Positions 58,682-64,000 of a stretch of 64,000 nucleotides of DNA are shown piece after piece. The stretch's first letter is position 1. Each line of letters opens with the position of its first letter. The notes beneath the pieces were generated by a model, which was not told where the DNA came from, ran no database searches, and saw only the letters and a program-made list of their open reading frames with translations. The DNA comes from Azolla caroliniana (taxonomy: Eukaryota > Plantae > Polypodiophyta), in the NCBI GenBank assembly GCA_043228905.1, contig JBHGNT010000004.1, forward strand, positions 14,446,001-14,510,000, read 5' to 3'. Made by a program: the position numbers and the translations under genes.

Positions 58682-61600
58682 TGTCATGATATGGCAAGAC
58701 TCGAACCCATGACCTTAGGTTACATAGATTGAGCTCTTGACCATTATACCATCTATTGTAATATGTAGGATATTATTTTCATTTAAGTTTTATTATAGAA
58801 AATTGATGTATATTCCAGATTTCTCTAAAACATTCTAGAAACTTCAAGAGTATTCCTGAGAATACTATAAAAGGAGGCACATGGCATTATTTCGAACCAA
58901 ATCGGTTCAACGCTAGTCTTAAGCCTCCTAACTACTATTGTATACTCTCTTCACATAATATATATCTTTTATCATCATTCTCTCACCCATTCTCTCTCTT
59001 TATCTCTCTCTCTCTCACACACACTCACTCTTTCCTTCTCTTGAGAGTTCTACACCTCTCTTAGTACTAATCCTCATCTTTTAGTACTAATTCTTTCTCT
59101 GTCTTAGTACTGATCCTAACAGTTTGAACCGATTTTCCGTCATCCTTTCGTCTCCTCCTTTCCTCCTCTTCCTTTTATCTTCTTACATATCCCCTTTTTC
59201 CGGTCTTCTTTTCGGTTTCCCTCAACTTCTTACCCCTTTCTTCCCTTCATACTAATCCTCTTATCCTCCCTAGTAAAATGGAAATTGTTAGCGCTAAGTA
59301 ATACCAATATGTTTTCTCGGAGCTCCAATGCTTAAAGGAGAAATTTGTAGCACTAGAATAAGAAAATCACCGTTTGTTGGGGGATCTTCAACACATAGCA
59401 TTGGAAAAACAACAACAACATGGGGAGCTGACGTTACGTGTACAACAACTTGAAGCGACTATTGTATCATTACAACAACAAGGATCAAGCACTCAAGGGA
59501 TTCACAAAGAACCCAAGATCGGTCTTCCTGCAAAATTTGATGGGACTTGATCACAGTTTAGAGGTTTTTTGAACCATGTACGTTTAGGGATTCAAATGCA
59601 TCCTTCTCGATATCCCACCGATACATCACGAGTGGGACTAGTAGGAACCCTACTTAGTGGCTCAGTGTTGGCATGGTTCGCTCCATTGTTAGAAAAGGAA
59701 TCTCCATTACTAAATAATTTTGAAGAATTTATAAGTGAGTTTAAAGCCTATTTTGGAGATACTGACAACATAAGAACTGCAATCAACAAAATCCGGCGAT
59801 TACGCCAAGGTGATCGTCTAGCCTCCGCATACGCTGTAGATTTCCGCCTACTCGCCGCCGATATCCCTTGGGATGATCAAGCATTGATGGAGCAATTTAC
59901 GATGTCAAGGATTTACTCTTGACCCTCCTCGAAGAACCAAAGTCATTAATAGAAGCAATCAGTCGCGCGGTGAGATGCGACAACCGTCTTTTTGAACGAC
60001 GTTTGGAACGGCAATTCCAGATGCCAAGGGCAAGATCAGAGTGCACCTACACCTCAGTCGTAGCGAAACCTTTTCCGAGGGAGTCATACAATGCATATCC
60101 AACAAATACTCCGATTCCAATGGAAATCGACACTACACGTCGTTGCGGACCACTATCTATCGGAAGAAGAAAAGCAGCGACGTAGGGCAAATCGACTATG
60201 TCTGTATTGCGGGGGCCTGGGGCCTATTGCAGTGAACTGTCCCCATCGGCCAAAAAGGTAAATCAAATAACCGCTAGTACTAATAGTACTAAACTCGAGT
60301 CTATTTCTCTAGGTGTGTCGGATAGTCCTTTTCAATCAAGTCCAGCCAAAATAGGAGCCGTTTGGTTGGACAACCCTAGATCTGTGCAACCCATTAGTGG
60401 TTTCATTTCTTCTAAGCAAGTTAGCAATGTGTTCTTAGCTCAAGTAATGGTTAGTACTAAAAGTACTCCTCCAGTTCATGTCTTAGCACTCTTAGATTCC
60501 AGAGCCAACTCTTACTTCATGGATAGGAATTTTGCTCAAGCTCATCAGATATCCCTAAGAAAACTCCCGTATCCAGCCTCTGAGTAGTCATTGATGGTCA
60601 TCCCATCGCTTCAGGAAATATCATAGAAGAGCCAGAGCCCGGTAATATTGTCCTAGATAACTTAGCGTGTGTAATATCATTTAATATAATTAGTATCCCA
60701 GAACATCCCATTGTTTTGGGATTACCATGGTTCGAATTACATAACCCAGATATAGATTGGAGAACAAGAGAAATCCAGTGTCAACAAACCCGAGGATCTA
60801 CTCATAAGATTGCAACCATTTCGCTACATCAGTTGCATGAGGAAGGATGCAAGGAAGAAATGTTTCTCTTCGCAATATCAGTAAAACCCTCCAGCACCAC
60901 TAAAGAGGAGTCCACCGTTCAACTTCCAGAGAAGTATCGTCATTATGCCGATGTGTTCGATAAAGTACAAGCTAGTAAGCTTCCTCACCATCGACCGTAT
61001 GATTGCCCCATCAATTTGCAACCGGGAAAAGAGCCGCCATGGGGACCGATCTACAATTTGTCACCAACTGAGCTGGAAGTCCTTCGAGCCTATATAGAGG
61101 AGAATTTGGCAAATGGATTCATTCAACATTCGAAATCTCCAGTCGGCGCACCCATTTTCTTTTTCAAGAAAAAAGATGGATCACTTCGTCTCGTTGTGGA
61201 TTACCGTGGCTTGAATAAGGTCACAATTAGGAATATGTATGCACTTCCCCTTATCTCAATTCTTTTAGAACGGATCAATGGTGCAAGGTTCTTGACGAAG
61301 ATCGACTTACGGGGAGGGGAGCATATAACCTCGTACAGATCCAACCAAGAGATGAATGGAAGACCGTGTTTCGCACCAGATATGGGCACTTCGAGTATAT
61401 GGTCATGCCGTTCGGCCTCACTAATGCGTCAGCAGTCTTCCAACACATGGCAAATGATATATTCCGAGATCTCTAGGATGTTTGTTTGATCATCTATTTG
61501 GATGATCTATTGGTTTATTCGAAGATCCAAGAAGAGCATGATTCTCATGTACTGTTAGTACTAAAACGACTTCGAGAACATGGTCTTTACGGAAAGCTGG

Positions 61601-64000
61601 AAAAATGTAGTTTTGGGTGCAACCAAGTGGAATTTCTTGGTTATGTCATCTCCGCGGAAGGCATCTCCATGGATCCAACTAAGGTCAAAACGGTGGTAGA
61701 GTAGCAAAATCCGCGTTCATTGTGAGATGTACAATGCTTTTTAGGCTTTGCCAATTTCTACCGCAAGTTTATAAAGGATTACTCAAAGCTTGTTTTGCCT
61801 CTTACACAACTTACTAAGAAGGGACAATCGTTCGTTTGGTATGAAGAAACAGACATGGCTTTTGAGAATCTTAAGAAGGCATTTACATCGGCTCCTATTC
61901 TAGCTCACGTTGATCCAGAAAAACCATTCATCATTGAAGCTGACGCATTGGATTTCGCATTGGGTAGCATTCTGTCACAATAAGGTAATGATGAAAAGCT
62001 ACATCCTGTGGCTTTCCACTCACGCAAGTTTGACGCAGCCGAAATCAACTATGAAATTCATGATAAGAGCTATTAGCAATAGTGGACTCTTTTACACAAT
62101 GGAGGCATTTTCTAGAGGGATCCTCTCATCAAGTCACCGTATTCAGTGACCACAAGAACCTTGCCTACTTTCAAGACGCTAGTGTGTTAAATCGACGTCA
62201 AGCTCGGTGGGCCCAATTCCTCACACGTTTCAACTTCAAAATGACATATCTTCCAGGGAAGCACCAAGGGAAGGTAGATGCATTATCACGACATTCGTAT
62301 CTAGCACCGCGTCCCGGCGAGCCAACTTTCAATAACTAAAAACAAGTAATCTTGGGTCCAGCACGACTGCAAGCAACATAGGTTTTTGGCATGCCCGTGG
62401 ATTCCCACGTTATCGATACCATACGTGAGGACTTGAAGACAGATGCTTTTGCCCAAGCCATTCTAGCACAAATTGATCCCTCTCGAGCATCTTGTTCACA
62501 GTCGCAACAACCAGGTACGGACTATCGACAATTCAAATACCATGATGGATTACTATTCTTTAGAAAACTCTTGTATGTTCCTAATGGTTCTTGCCGCCTT
62601 CGAGTAGTCCAAAATTGTCATGACACATATACAGCTGGGCATTTTGGTAGTACGAAGACATTAGACTTAGTACAATGATCATTCTGATAGCCCCGTATGC
62701 GGCAATTTGTCGAAGATTTTGTTCGGACTTGTGATACATGTTGCAGAGCGAAAATGCCAAGGCATCATCCATATGGTTTATTAGAACCATTCCCAATTCC
62801 AAGCAAGCCGTGGCAATCCATTGCTCTAGATTTCATCACAGACCTTCCAATCTCGAAGGGATTTAATGCGATTGTAACAGTAGTAGATCGATATACGAAG
62901 ATGGCTCATTTCTTGCCATGTACTAAGATAATCTCTAGTGAAGAAACCACCGAAATTGTCATACGTGAAGTATGTCGGCATCATGGCCTTCCCGATAATA
63001 TCATCAGCGACCGTGGACCCCAGTTCGTCTCGAAATTCTGGAAGCACCTTTTTAAAATGCTTAAGGTCACTTGTAACCTCTCCTTCAGCTACCACCCACA
63101 AACAGATGGTCAAGCAGAATGAACAAATCAAACGTTGGAGCAGTATCTTCGGTGCTTTCTAAGCTATCATTAGGATGATTGGGCGGATATTCTCCACTTC
63201 GCCGAATTTGCCTATAATAACTCTGGCCACGCATCGACTAAAGTTATGCCATTTTATGCTTATGCGGGTTGTCACCCCCGGTGGTGTGTATTTGAAACAC
63301 CAGAGTTACCTACAAATCCTTGTGCAGAGGATCGTTTGGAGCGGTTACGCAAGATACAAGCAGATTTATCTACTCATCTCTAGCAAGCTCAACAAACACA
63401 CAAGGTTTACGCGGATCGTCATCGGCTTCCATCTAGTTTTAACGTCGGAGATCGGGTATGACTACTACGACGACACATCAAGACTACTCGCCCATGTGAG
63501 AAGTTGGATTATCGGCGATTAGGTCCTTTCCATATTATTGGAAAGATTAATGATGTCGCTTTTTGTCTCGATCTATCTCCGCAACTTCGGATACATCCGG
63601 TGTTTCATAGTTCTCTCCTCGAACCCTATCAAGACAACACCATCCTAGGATGTATTACACAACCTCCACCCCCGATCGAACTTGAAGATGGACCTAAGTA
63701 CAAGGTTGTTGCCATCCTCGATTCCAAGATTGTTCGCAACAAGCTATACTATCTAGTTGATTGGCTAGGATATAGTCCCAACAAGCGTACTTGGGAACCG
63801 ATAGAGAATGTGATCGATGCTCGTGCTCTTCTTGAAGACTTCCATCGTCAATATCCAGACAAACCGGGTCCTCAATCCAAAACGATTTGTGACACTCATC
63901 GTTTTAAAGGGGGGATAGTGTCATGATAGGTTACATAGGTCGAGCACTTGACCATTATACCATCTATTGTAATACATAGCATATTATTTTCATTTAAGTT
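58682..64000 (+). mobile_element. Ty3/gypsy chromovirus C2 (same family as C1); 3' LTR cut by the window end
   Basis: 5' LTR 58682-59121, gag from 59278, PR/RT/RH/INT/chromodomain to 63926, PPT AAAGGGGGGATAG 63906-63918, 3' LTR from 63919 (with a ~26-bp deletion). Confidence 0.95.
59278..63926 (+). pseudogene. C2 gag-pol with chromodomain
   Basis: ALLDSRANSYF, KIDLRG, IYLDDLLVYS, EADALDFALGSILSQ, ISDRGPQF, YYLVDWLGYSPNKRTWEP; many stops and frameshifts. Confidence 0.93.

Overview
Eukaryotic plant nuclear DNA. The transposon lineages and gene structure suggest a non-seed plant such as a fern (inference). 1-24.4 kb is a five-layer nest of decayed retroelements: a minus-strand Ty1/copia (A) whose LTR is interrupted by a plus-strand Ty1/copia (B1, TSD AGAAG), which carries a Tcn1/Tf1-like chromovirus (C1, TSD ATACC), which carries a non-chromovirus Ty3/gypsy element (D, TSD CTTCT), which carries a 638-bp AT-rich insertion (E). 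24.9-31.2 kb is a TIR DNA transposon with a decayed Ulp1-protease/zinc-finger gene and an internal 44-bp array. 31760-49861 (+) is an apparently intact 21-exon SAC8-type phosphoinositide phosphatase gene (~619 aa) with a U12 AT-AC intron and TE-filled introns. 53.3-64 kb is a second copia (B2) with a second chromovirus copy (C2) inserted. The most unusual signal is in element D: it has no polypurine tract, and a second, inverted tRNA-Arg-type primer-binding site lies 2 nt from its 3' LTR, suggesting tRNA priming of both DNA strands. The chromovirus family shows a co-varying 11-nt self-priming duplex and a tRNA-derived Pol III box A/B module in its LTR.
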